From Ginkgo biloba (Eukaryota; Plantae; Ginkgophyta): a DNA stretch of 18,723 nt. The notes below the pieces were generated by a model that was not told the origin of the DNA, ran no database searches, and saw nothing but the letters and a program-made list of their open reading frames with translations. Within the stretch, counting starts at the first letter, position 1. Every line of letters starts with the position of its first letter. The stretch lies in the NCBI GenBank assembly GCA_024626585.2, contig JANKJI020000004.1, positions 142,311,009 to 142,329,731 on the forward strand, in the 5' to 3' direction. This document shows positions 1-10,552 of the stretch, piece after piece. Position numbers and translations under genes: made by a program.

Positions 1-74
1 AATTAGCGATTTTTTTTTTTAAAGTGGTCAAAATATAGCCACTAGGCTATAAATAGCCCATAAAGTTTTCCCTA

Positions 75-1306
75 ATCTAGGGGAGGAGAAAAAAGAGAAT
101 TAGAGGAGTCTTTGGTAGGTATTTAGGAGGACATTGATAGAGTTGGGTTCTCCCAAGAGTTGGCAACCAAGGAGGTAGAATTTATTAAAGCCTTGGATGT
201 GCTTCTGTAAAAGAAAGAAGAGACATGGTGCCTAGAGTTGAGAATGTTGTGCCTTGAGGCAGGGGATAAGAATACTTATTTCTTCCAGAAATATTTGGTG
301 TAAAGGGCACACTCAAATTTCATAAGGAAGATCAAAAATTCAAATAGGGAGTGGTTGTCCTCTCCAAAAGAGGTAAAGGGGGAGATAGTGATTTTCTTCA
401 CATCCCTTCTCTTAGATGAGTAGGAAGACATAATGGAAACTCAAGAGAACTGATGCGGGTAATCTTGAATTTAGTCTTAAAGGAAGATAATTCTTTGTTG
501 ATGAGGCCAATCTCCACGAAAGAACTTGAGAACACAATTGCAAGAACGAAAGAGGTTAAATATCCAGGTCCTAATGGACTCTAGGTAAACTTTTTCAAAG
601 CCAGTAGGGAGATCATCAAAGAGGATTTACTAAGATATTGCAAAGAATTAAAGAAGTTTGATAGGATCTTGGGTAGGTTAACACCACCTTCATAGCGCTA
701 ATTCTGAAGGAGAAGAACCCAATAACCTTTGATAGGTTCAAACATATCTCCCTTTGTAATGTATGCTACAAGATCATCACAAAGCTGATGGCGAATAGTC
801 TAAAGCTGATGGCGAATAGTCTAAAGCAGTTGTTTCCCATGCTAATCTCAAAAGAGCAAGGGGGTTTTGTCCAGGGCAAGCAGATAGAAGACAATGTGGT
901 CTTGGTTCAGGAAACTCTCCACTCAGCGAAAACAAAGCAAGAAAGAATGATGCTCATCAAACTGGACATGCGCATAGCATATGATAGATTGGACTAGAAC
1001 TTTCTCCTGTGGGTGTTGGATAGCTTTGGTTTCTGCACCGAATGGAGGAGATGGGTAGAAGGATGCATCTCCAACCCATCCTTCTTAGTTTTAATCAACG
1101 GAAGCCCAACGGGTTTCTTCAAGAGTAGTAGAGGTATTAGGCAAGGTTGCCCGTTATGCCCTAGTCTTTTTATCTTCGTGGACGAAGCTCTTAGGAGATT
1201 CCTGGGAAGCAAGGCGGAGAGGGGCCTCTTGATTGGAACGGAAGTGACAACAAATTGTAAATGGATTTCCCATGTACAATTTGTAGATGACACCATTTTA
1301 TTGGGG
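75..1306 (+). mobile_element. Degenerate L1-clade LINE ORF2 fragment (pre-RT region and reverse transcriptase up to the catalytic motif)
   Basis: Hand translation gives EETWCLELRMLCLEAGDKNTYFF (217-285; plant L1 'EE..W..KSR..WL..GD.NT.FF'), KYPGPNG, ISLCNVCYKIITKLMANSLK, EQGGFVQGKQIEDN, IKLDMRIAYDRLD*(W), INGSPTGFFKSSRGIRQGCPLCPSLF and SHVQFVDDTILLG (F/YADD-type). It has several stops and frameshifts and ends at an N gap. Confidence 0.95.
781..827 (+). repeat. Perfect 21-bp tandem duplication (AAAGCTGATGGCGAATAGTCT x2.2) inside L1 RT
   Basis: 781-801 is identical to 802-822 and is followed by AAAGC. It translates as KLMANSL-KLMANSL-K. Confidence 0.95.
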
Positions 1307-1406
1307 NNNNNNNNNNNNNNNNNNNNNNNNNNNNNNNNNNNNNNNNNNNNNNNNNNNNNNNNNNNNNNNNNNNNNNNNNNNNNNNNNNNNNNNNNNNNNN
1401 NNNNNN

Positions 1407-1633
1407 TCCCTAGTGGGAGGATCGACATGAACCACTATACTAGTGTATTAAAGGAAAAATTTATTAATAAAGCATAGAGATGACCATATTTGGAAGAATT
1501 ACTATGTAACTCGAAAGTCATGAGATTAAAATTATGATAAGATAATATAGACATGAAGAGCTCCTTTTAAAATCAAACAGAGAAAAAGAGGGGGTACCCA
1601 TGGAATGGGGCATGTGTGTTAGAAATCACAACA
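1407..1633 (-). mobile_element. Probable LTR terminus abutting an L1 fragment
   Basis: The minus strand starts TGTTGTGATTTCTAACACACATGCCCCATT at 1633, exactly where L1 RT homology begins on + (1634). The stretch is non-coding and truncated by a gap. Resemblance to gymnosperm Gypsy LTR starts is from memory and unverified. Confidence 0.5.
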
Positions 1634-1879
1634 AATCCCTTGGAATAATTATAGGTAGTAAGGAAGAGAGGGGTATCTTGACTAGAGCAGAGGTGACTTT
1701 AAACTGCAAGTAGATCTCTCATGTCTAGTTTGTTAACGACATGATACTATTAGGCAAAGCCTCCATGGATAATGCCAAAGTTTTTAAAGAGGTGTTGGAA
1801 ACCTTCACAAGGGCTTATGGGAGTATAATAAATGAAGTAAAAATCTTGGTTTACATGTTAAATAGCTCTTAGAGGTTAT
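1634..1879 (+). mobile_element. Second, diverged L1 RT fragment (catalytic region)
   Basis: Translates IGSKEERGILTRAEVTLNCK*ISHV*FVNDMILLGKASMDNAKVFKEVLETFTRAYGSIINEVK, colinear with LGSKAERGLLIGTEVTTNCKWISHVQFVDDTILLG at 1202-1306. Confidence 0.9.
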
Positions 1880-3110
1880 TGTTGACATAGGAAATCCCCA
1901 CCGCACGCCTGCCAATATGTGGCAGGAGAAATCTACATCAACAACCTTAATTTTTTAATTATTAATGAATTGTCATGTGTTTTTGTGTAGCTAAGGAGAA
2001 AACGTGGGTGAAGAGAGGCCTAAAAGAAGGCCAAAAATATGAAAAAGAAATAAAAAATCCCTTTGTGGTTTAAAAATTTAAAGTCTTTTTTGTTGATCTT
2101 TCCTTTCAAAACTAATTTTTATTTTTTTATTTTAAAGCCCGCAGAAGAGGAAGGGAAAATACTTTGATGGTTGTGTTATCTTATCTATGGAGTCATGCAT
2201 TTAAATGGTGAAAAATATATGTTGGGGCATGTAAAAAGGTTTTTATCCCCATTTCTCTGGCTTTAATCCCCTAGAGCATGATTTTATGGACTCCAAAGTG
2301 ATCGAAAGCCAACCCAAAAGGGGATAAACAAAATAATTTAAGTGTGTCTTTAGGTTTTAATGTTTTTTAATTTTGATTTTTTTTTTTCCTTCATTTTAGG
2401 TTTTTTCGTGTTTTGCATTGCAGGTAGGTCACGCGACAGTCACAAGGGCACACAAGGCCGTGATATAGGATGAAAGGGACTCGAGAGGGGATGCCATGGA
2501 TAGAGGAGGAAAAAGGAGAGGCATGAGTGATGGGAAGAGTAGGGACAAAGTGGTTCATGTAGGGTCGGGGTAGGGGTGACGAGAAGAGCCATGGGAATGA
2601 ATAGAAGGTTATAAAAATNNNNNNNNNNNNNNNNNNNNNNNNNNNNNNNNNNNNNNNNNNNNNNNNNNNNNNNNNNNNNNNNNNNNNNNNNNNNNNNNNN
2701 NNNNNNNNNNNNNNNNNNACAATTCCATAAATAATTACTTGAAGGGGCATCAATGATGATCTATAAAGAAGTTATCAAACATGGCTTAGCCCAGTAGAGT
2801 TTTTACGAATAGGGTTTTCAAGAGTCAAAGGATGGGGGCACACTAGAGTAGGTGCAGTAGTTGTAGGGACCATAAATAAATAATCATAAAGGCCTCCTAG
2901 AGCATTGATAGAGAAATTCTTAGAATATATGCTAGGGGGTTTCCAACCACCTCAAGAAGAAGGGGATAAAATAAGAAGGTTTTTTTGTAAGAAGGGGTTG
3001 GGGTGGATTTTATTTTAGATCTTATAACTATAGAATTTTCATTTTTCCTTCTCTTCTCTCTTTTTCTCTTTTTCCTTATTCTAAATTTGTGGTTATTATA
3101 TCCATGTAGT
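1880..3110 (+). mobile_element. Probable LTR-derived non-coding sequence starting TGTTGA (right boundary uncertain)
   Basis: L1 homology stops at ~1879, and TGTTGACATAG begins at 1880 with an inverted partner ending CTACATCAACA at 1943. What follows is non-coding with purine-rich and T-rich blocks, and it spans a 100-N gap. Confidence 0.4.
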
Positions 3111-4022
3111 GTCATCTAGAGATAAATTTTCTAAGGAATATTAACAACTAGTGAACTTCACTAAAGGAAAGCTTATAACTTGGACTGTCACCAACAAAAT
3201 CTCACATATATTTTATACTACAATACTATTCCTTCAAGGAATTATTAGTATTAAACACTATGTGATCTATGTGGAAATATATGGATTTCATCGTATAATC
3301 TTAATATCATGTAAGCGGTAGTATTTTTAATGCAAGTAGAACTTTGGATAAAAGTCTCACTTTAAAACTAGTATTTAAATGTGATTTAGGGTGTTAATTG
3401 GTTACTGCATTTGTTATTAATGATTCAAAGCATTCTCTCTCAAATACTATATTTCATTTTTTATCTCATGTTGTCCGGTGAGAGTGATAAATATTGAGAT
3501 GAGTTACATGTTGGTTCAGGAATTCATATTTCTTGACTACCATCTAATAGTTGTCATACAAAATCATGTTGCTACTCTTATCATAAGTAGTCATGGTCTA
3601 CCTTGAAATCATCCTACTCTCCCTCATGCTATAATATATTGCCAATTGAAGTTGGAATGGTTGGCTCTCATTGTCACATTATATTCAGTAACAAATGTTT
3701 TAGACTTGAATCCTCCCCTCTCATCTATCTTCTTCCCCATACTACAATATTCACTAGTAAGGTTGTACTAGATAGCTAGTCACCATTATATCATCATGTG
3801 GAGGATCTTATCTCCATCCTTCTTTAGATCATTTTATTTTCTCTATTGGATACTTGTGTGATTCCTCTCTCCCATTTATGTGAATTGTTGTTTACTAGAT
3901 GAAATAAGTTGACACCCTTAAGGGATCAAGATATGATATGAGGGAATAGAACTTATGTCCACTATATCCTAGGAATGGTCATGAACCAGTGGTGTTAGAG
4001 CATCACCCTACTAGTTGCATCA

Positions 4023-5860
4023 AATAGCCCATTGGAAAAAGGTATTCTTAGTAGAATATCGATGGCAAATGATATAAGTATCTCAAGTAGTAGACCATAT
4101 GGTATTGAAACGTATTTAAGAAATCTTATAAATTCCATTCATCTATTTTTTTTTTTTTCTGACCATGTATTGTTGATCTCAATTGGGCATTAGCCTCTTA
4201 ACCTAGTTGTTGTTGATTCTTTATCATAATCAACATAAAATTTTGAGGTGCTTTCACTAATTTATTGTATTATACACCAATCACCAATATTATCACTTTT
4301 GATGTAATAATTATTTTAAATATGATGTCTTTTCCATCTTTATATGACCTACACTTTTCCCTATAAGGGAATATGTTTACTCCCCTATCATGTAGAAAAT
4401 GAATTTCCAAAATCATAATAATATAATTCATAGGAACTACATCATAATTTATCTTATATAATTATTATTTAGTAACTACAAATTTAAACTTCCATTACAA
4501 TATTACCTTTTGATTATTACCCTTGATCCCACCATTGATTTCATATGGATCTAGATTTTATATGGTTTTCAAGATAAGATTTTGAACTATAATCATTGAT
4601 ATCAAATTCTTCTTACTACCTCTATCTAATATGGTTGATACAATTTAGTTCTTGGCTTATATCTTGAGGGTGAATAACTTTTCTCTTTCCTTATTCTCCT
4701 ACTTAGTGTTCACTAATTCTATGGAAGAATCTAGTTAATATGTTACAACTATCTTAGGTTCATATTAATTCTTCTTATTTATATTAAATTGGAGAGATTT
4801 TTATGCAACTTTGGAGTAGTTGGTTTCANNNNNNNNNNNNNNNNNNNNNNCTGTTAAAGTTAGAATTTTTATCTTTGCCATCGTTATGATCTTTTTTAGC
4901 TTCAGAATTGTAAGAATATGAGTAAGAAGATTTATATTTATTTTTTACTTGTAAAGGCTTGTGAATTATTCCTCCTTTCTTAAATATTGGATGGAAATTT
5001 ATAGGTGACTTGCATGGCATGCAATAGAAAAATCTCAACTTCATAGCAAAGTTAATAGTATAAGCCTATAGTCAACTTTAAAACCATATTTTCCTCAGGC
5101 TCTTTGACCTCCGATTTGATTGTTGAGTCATGTAACTCATCATAATAGTATTCTAAAATCTATATTACTTTCTACCTCAAGTGTTACCATTTAAAATATA
5201 AATCATTCTCATAGCCAAGAGGTTAGAAGGTATGTCTTAAATCCTTATTAAAATCACTACATGTTGTGATTAGTTACTTATTATCTTGATCACACTCTTT
5301 ATAATAGGACTTCCACCATAATAAATACTTCCTAGATATTTTTCATCTAACAAAAATAATATTTTATAAGTTTGAATAAGGTTGATAAGAATAGTATATT
5401 ACAAATGCTTAGATCCATTATTCAACTTTTTCTATATTCATCTTGCCATCAAACATTTGAATATTCATATTAGACTCAACCCTAAAAGGATTTTATGTGA
5501 TTAATGGTTGCATGAAAGAAGTTGATGGTACTTATAGAGGAGTTATAGAAGAAGTAGAATTTGCAATAATCAATGCTACCATAACTAGTACTACTATAAT
5601 TGACTATAGATATTTCATTATGCCTTGTTATTGGAATTATTCCAATATGATTTTAATATCACTCATCATTGAATACTTGAAGATGACCCACTCCATGTTC
5701 AAATGTGTCTTTTGAATACTCCTCTACTTCACTTAATTGGACATGTTTATCATACAATTCTATCCTTACAACAAATAGATGATCCATAGAGATTAAATCT
5801 TTTAGTATTCCTTCTTCTTATTCTTGCACTCCTTCTTTTTTAGATTTAATTTTTGGACAT
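4023..5860 (-). mobile_element. Degenerate Ty3/Gypsy gag and aspartic protease plus pre-RT linker
   Basis: Minus strand: ATG at 5860 then RRSARIRRR. Gag reads PFRVESNMNIQMFDGKMNIEKVE*W (from 5489), LLWWKS (WW 5318-5313) and F*PLGYENDLYFKW*HLR*K (PLGYE 5222-5208). Protease reads EKLFTLKI..ILDRGSKKNLIS (ILDRGS 4632-4615), DPYEI, YDVVPM (4446-4429), LHDR and KDGK. The linker KLVKAPQNFMLIMIK and FQ.PYGLL...IDIL..PFSNG ends at ~4023. Confidence 0.88.
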
Positions 5861-5861
5861 A

Positions 5862-5880
5862 GATATTATACTAAATATGT
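5862..5880 (-). other. Possible degenerate tRNA-Met primer-binding site next to a putative LTR end
   Basis: Minus strand ...AATACA-TAT-TTAGTATAATATC lies just upstream of the gag ATG and matches TTGGTATCAGAGC at 9/13 positions. The position fits but the match is weak. Confidence 0.25.
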
Positions 5881-8631
5881 ATTAATAAATATTATTGAAG
5901 TAAGAAAAAATTAAATTTANNNNNNNNNNNNNNNNNNNNNNNNNNNNNNNNNNNNNNNNNNNNNNNNNNNNNNAGTCTATGAAGAATGAACCCAAGGAGA
6001 ACCATGTAGAAGTGATTTGAATTCATTTAAGCATTTAATAAATTATTTGTAAGTCAACTTAGTGACCTCTTGGACCTCTATACAACCTTATAATAGTTTT
6101 ACTTCTCTATTTTGATGAATTTTTAGTGGAGAATTCTCATTTTCTGTGCACAAAGGTAATGTTTTAGCACTATGTAGAAAGTTTTTTTTACTCTAANNNN
6201 NNNNNNNNNNNNNNNNNNNNNNNNNNNNNNTATTATGTGCTGAGTATTTTTCCTACTACACAATGAGTTTCTTTACCTGTATAGTGCATTTCCCTCTTTT
6301 CTAGAAACTTCTAAGATAAAGAAATTACAATGGATCTCGAATATTTCATATGCATGAACCCTTCATCCTATGCATAATTTTTTTATTGTTGATGTGATCA
6401 GTAGATTTAATATGAGTTGATCTTATCTCTCACACAATTATATAATAATTTAACAACTAAAAATACTTCAAAGATTCAAAGTATTCAATCATAATAGGTG
6501 CACAAAAANNNNNNNNNNNNNNAAAACTTAGGAGATATTTCTATTGCATGGCAAGTGCATATAATGGACAAGAGTCTTCACCAAAATAGTGCCCAATATT
6601 ATCAAATTTCTCTTCCACTCTAAGGTTCTATGTATTAATTAATTACATTAGTGGATTTAAATAATTATGCCCTAATATATTAAAAGAATAAGGACGTATT
6701 TACATATTATCCCTTTAAGAAGAAAAGTCCATCTTAAACAAAAACTCCTAAAAAATAAATAAATAAATAAGATAATATAAGACTTATCCCTTTTTATTAT
6801 TCACCATTACCCCTTAAGAGTATTATATTAGGATCTTATGTCAAGTGACCTCTCTTGTAGGTGATTAAGACCCTTTGGCTTATCAGAGTTAGTGAATTTT
6901 TAGCCATCTTTTTATAATGAATTTTGATAGTAATCCATTACACAATTAAAATTCAATGCTCCTAAGATTGAAATTACCATCCCTCGAGTCATACATAGTC
7001 TATTTTTTAATTCAAACTCATTCAATGCAAAAAGAACACTATTTTTCACATCAACCACCTTAGTTTCATGTAAAATTTCCCTTCTACTAAGTTCTTCATT
7101 ATGGGGTGAATTTTCCTAAGATTTTATGGAGAAAAAGGACACCCATTTTTCTTTACATTATTTCAAACTCATTCTAATAATTTTGAGTGTTTTTTAAAGA
7201 ATTTTTTTATTCAACCTTATGCCCAATAGTTATTCATTTTCTCTCTTATAAACCATCATTATCCACCAATCCTTGCTTATTTTTCATAGTGTTTGATCCG
7301 TCATAGGTCTTGTCAATCCATATTAGATGATCCTCAAACTATTGTAGACATTTTTCCTCCACTAAAACTATTATTTTTCTCCATTGAAATAGTCATAATC
7401 CTCCTTTATTTCTATTAATTTTGAACCTATTTAAGGTATTTCTTTGTAAGCTTTAACTTGTTTGAGACATCAAGAACCTCTCACTATCCTCATAGATGTT
7501 GATTAATCTTATGTGCCATCATTAAATCCAATCAAGCTTACTTACAACTACATAATGTAATTTAAATATTTAAAAATTTTAATTATTTTTGTGATATTAA
7601 GTCTAACATTAGGCATTTACATGTATTTTTTCAAGCATAAGGTTAGAGTTAGACTCTATATAGACAACACTATGTTCTATAAATCCTTAAGGTGCCTCAT
7701 TAATATTTAACCTTATTTTATAATTTTATCCTATAATGGACCTTAATAAAAGAGAATAGTCTCTCAAGTAATTTTCTCTTCTCATTAGGTTACATTTTTT
7801 CCATTCTTCTTACCCACGTTACTTATTTTAAGCCATTTTTATTTTTCATTATAATGTTTCAATAGTTGGGCCCATAGCACAATAACCATATATGTCACTA
7901 CTAATGATAGTACTTGCTTCAAATTGATATTATAATTAACACATTATGTTGTACACCACTTTTATTTGGTTGTATCAATACATGTGCAAGCTATTTCACA
8001 AGCATTTACATATTATTTTTATTAAAACATGCATAATTTTGCTTAAACATGATTAAATTTTTTTCATTGTCATGCTTATTATTAGAAAATTTGTTCTTGT
8101 TATTGCTATTATTTTGAATTTAAAATTCATTNNNNNNNNNNNNNNNNNNNNNNNNNNNNNNNNNNNNNNNNNNNNNNNNNNNNNNNNNNNNNNNNNNNNN
8201 NNNNNNNNNNNNNNNNNNNNNNNNNNNNNNNNNNNNNNNNNNNNNNNNNNNNNNNNNNNNNNNNNNNNNNNNNNNNNNNNNNNNNNNNNNNNNNNNNNNN
8301 NNNNNNNNNNNNNNNNNNNNNNNNNNNNNNNNNNNNNNNNNNNNNNNNNNNNNNNNNNNNNNNNNNNNNNNNNNNNNNNNNNNNNNNNNNNNNNNNNNNN
8401 NNNNNNNNNNNNNNNNNNNNNNNNNNNNNNNNNNNNNNNNNNNNNNNNNNNNNNNNNNNNNNNNNNNNNNNNNNNNNNNNNNNNNNNNNNNNNNNNNNNN
8501 NNNNNNNNNNNNNNNNNNNNNNNNNNNNNNNNNNNNNNNNNNNNNNNNNNNNNNNNNNNNNNNNNNNNNNNNNNNNNNNNNNNNNNNNNNNNNNNNNNNN
8601 NNNNNNNNNNNNNNNNNNNNNNNNNNNNNNN

Positions 8632-8984
8632 TTGCATGCAGTGAACACTCTTCCAACTATAAGGATGTGGACCCATTATGATGGGGATGAGGGTGAGACT
8701 TTATGATGCCTAAGGTTTGGTTAGTAGTTGCAGTGAAGTCCTCCAAGGGTTTACATCCTCCTGGCCATCAATGGTGTATCTTATGCATAGTAGTCTTACC
8801 TTGGAACCTGTCCCTAAGTCACTATTGGTTGCATTGGTGCTTATGCATGTGATGGTTATTTATGGATTCATGATATTTTTTATGTATTACTTTATCTACT
8901 ACGCTCAATTATGCTTATTGATTATTTGAATTATATCTGTGGACCACTAACTAGACTTGCAGGTCTAAGGTGGACTCTGTTACA
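8632..8984 (+). mobile_element. Probable LTR 3' end (..GGTGGACTCTGTTACA)
   Basis: A non-coding tract ends in TGTTACA (8978-8984), a common Gypsy LTR terminus, directly before gag-tail sequence of another element. The left side is lost in the 500-N gap. Confidence 0.45.
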
Positions 8985-8989
8985 CATAT

Positions 8990-10452
8990 GTTAGGAGAGA
9001 GAGAGAGAGAGAGGATCACATGCACAATCACCATATAGGACATAGAGAGATCATAGACTATAGTAACATGATCATAGATATAAGAGAGAGGTAGGTTCTT
9101 CATCTACTATAATATCCTATTCAACATTCAAGGTAGTAGACAAAACTAAATACTATGAGAGGCATAATATTTATGATCACATTAAAGAGGGATATTAGTC
9201 TAGTTAAAAGTAAAAAGGTTATAAGCTAAAGAACCTTATAGTGTATCATGATGATGTTGTTGTTGATTTACTTGTTCAATCACATGTAGACATCTCCTTA
9301 ATACTTATTGGAACCTCATAGAACTTTCTAGTTAGAGGAAAGTTATTCATTCAAATGGCACATGTTAAATAGAGGTCAATTTCTTTAATATTGAATAATG
9401 GTAGTATGAAGTACTTATTTTCTTTATTATTTATACAAAATTTGTAGTTGCATACAACACCACATTCTAATCCTTATAATTTAGGTTAGGTTAATTCCTA
9501 TAATGCACATAGTAGATTGGATCATTCATACATGTTCAAATTTTCCATTATCTCATTTATTGATGAGGTCACATATGATGTAATACTTACAGACTATCAT
9601 GTTGTTCTCTTAGATAAACCTTATTAGTATTAGTACATTGACATTTATGATAGTTAGTCAAATATTTATTATCTAAAGAAGGATGATAAGACATACAACT
9701 CACCTTCTTTAATAAGGAAAAATAGGCACTAGAAAATAATCATAAAATAAGCCAAAAAGATCACTAATAGAGTAAGCCACTTTATATTTCTTTTTATTAG
9801 GCCTTGACATTAGCTAGTTGATTATTTATATAGTATATAGGTCATAGGTTGGAGATATGTACCAATAATATGGCATAAATAATATCAAAGTATTCAAATG
9901 TATTTTCTCCTCTTAAGAGTCTCCTACCAGAGAGGCAAGTTGAGCATAGCATCATCTCTATATCAGGTGCTAATGTGTCCAATGTGTTGATATATAACAC
10001 CTCCATCATATAGTATCTTAATCTTAAGATGTAGTTATAAGAGTTAGAAGTAAAGGGACAAATTCATACCAATTCCTCTTCATCCATACCTAGTGTTATT
10101 GACTTGGAACATGGATATGACATGACACTTGTGCATATATTTTTGTGTATTAAATAAAATCACCATAAAAAAAGCTATATATTATTTGAGATTGATGGTT
10201 TAATAGACAAGTTATAGGCTTCCCATTATTTTTTCATTATTATCCTTAAAACTAATCACCATTAGGTGAGAGTGAGACTAGATGACACGTGAAAAATTAT
10301 CTATAAAATATAGTCTAGTTTATATGAATGGATGATGAAGGTGTTTATCCTTACTAATGAATTGATTATATTTATGAGATTTTCCTTCATCTATTTTTAG
10401 ATTCACACACGATAATGTATCTGGATGACATTCTTAGTCTCTATAATATATG
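8990..10452 (+). mobile_element. Degenerate Ty3/Gypsy gag tail, protease and reverse transcriptase
   Basis: A decayed CX2CX4HX4C-W knuckle sits at 9154-9198 (spacing and His retained, Cys codons now TAT/CAT). Protease reads RGKLFI..ILNNGS (LNNGS 9391-9405), HTTPHSNPYNLG*, FKFSI..FIDEVTYDVI and LLDKPY. The linker is VFSPLKSLLPERQVEHSI. RT reads LNKITIK, IDGLIDKL, HH*VRVRLDDT*K, LYEWMM..F.LTN and YLDDIL (10418-10435). It ends at a gap. Confidence 0.92.
8995..9013 (+). repeat. (GA)n microsatellite, about 9 units
   Basis: GAGAGAGAGAGAGAGAGAG read directly. Confidence 0.9.
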
Positions 10453-10552
10453 NNNNNNNNNNNNNNNNNNNNNNNNNNNNNNNNNNNNNNNNNNNNNNNN
10501 NNNNNNNNNNNNNNNNNNNNNNNNNNNNNNNNNNNNNNNNNNNNNNNNNNNN

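Noticed and set aside
994-1428. Minus-strand ORF, and similarly 12791-13093, 13802-14071, 14289-14535 and 14726-14959
   Set aside because: These are antisense shadows of plus-strand L1 or Gypsy relics with no independent motifs.
2401-2428. Splice-acceptor-like TTTTGCATTGCAG|GT suggesting a host exon
   Set aside because: No credible exon or protein follows, and it lies in LTR-like non-coding sequence.
3591-3605. Minus-strand QGRP* resembling the protease LGRPW motif
   Set aside because: No D(S/T/G)G motif or other protease context at the expected spacing.
4023-5860. Endogenous caulimovirid interpretation of the AT-rich minus-strand coding relic
   Set aside because: The motifs are Gypsy gag and protease. 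No movement-protein or coat-protein features were seen.
6532-6550. 18/19 inverted match to 5018-5036
   Set aside because: It does not extend convincingly, and such a match is plausible by chance in AT-rich sequence of this length.
6700-6825. Three loose TTA(T/C)CCCTT motifs and an (AAAT)n run, a possible array
   Set aside because: The motifs are short, irregularly spaced and low complexity. They are not CRISPR- or satellite-like.
8053-8676. Four long ORF-track entries (173-207 aa)
   Set aside because: They consist almost entirely of the 500-N gap.
8717-8929. Hydrophobic 70-aa ORF resembling a membrane peptide
   Set aside because: It has a non-ATG start, and the hydrophobicity reflects T-rich LTR-like sequence.
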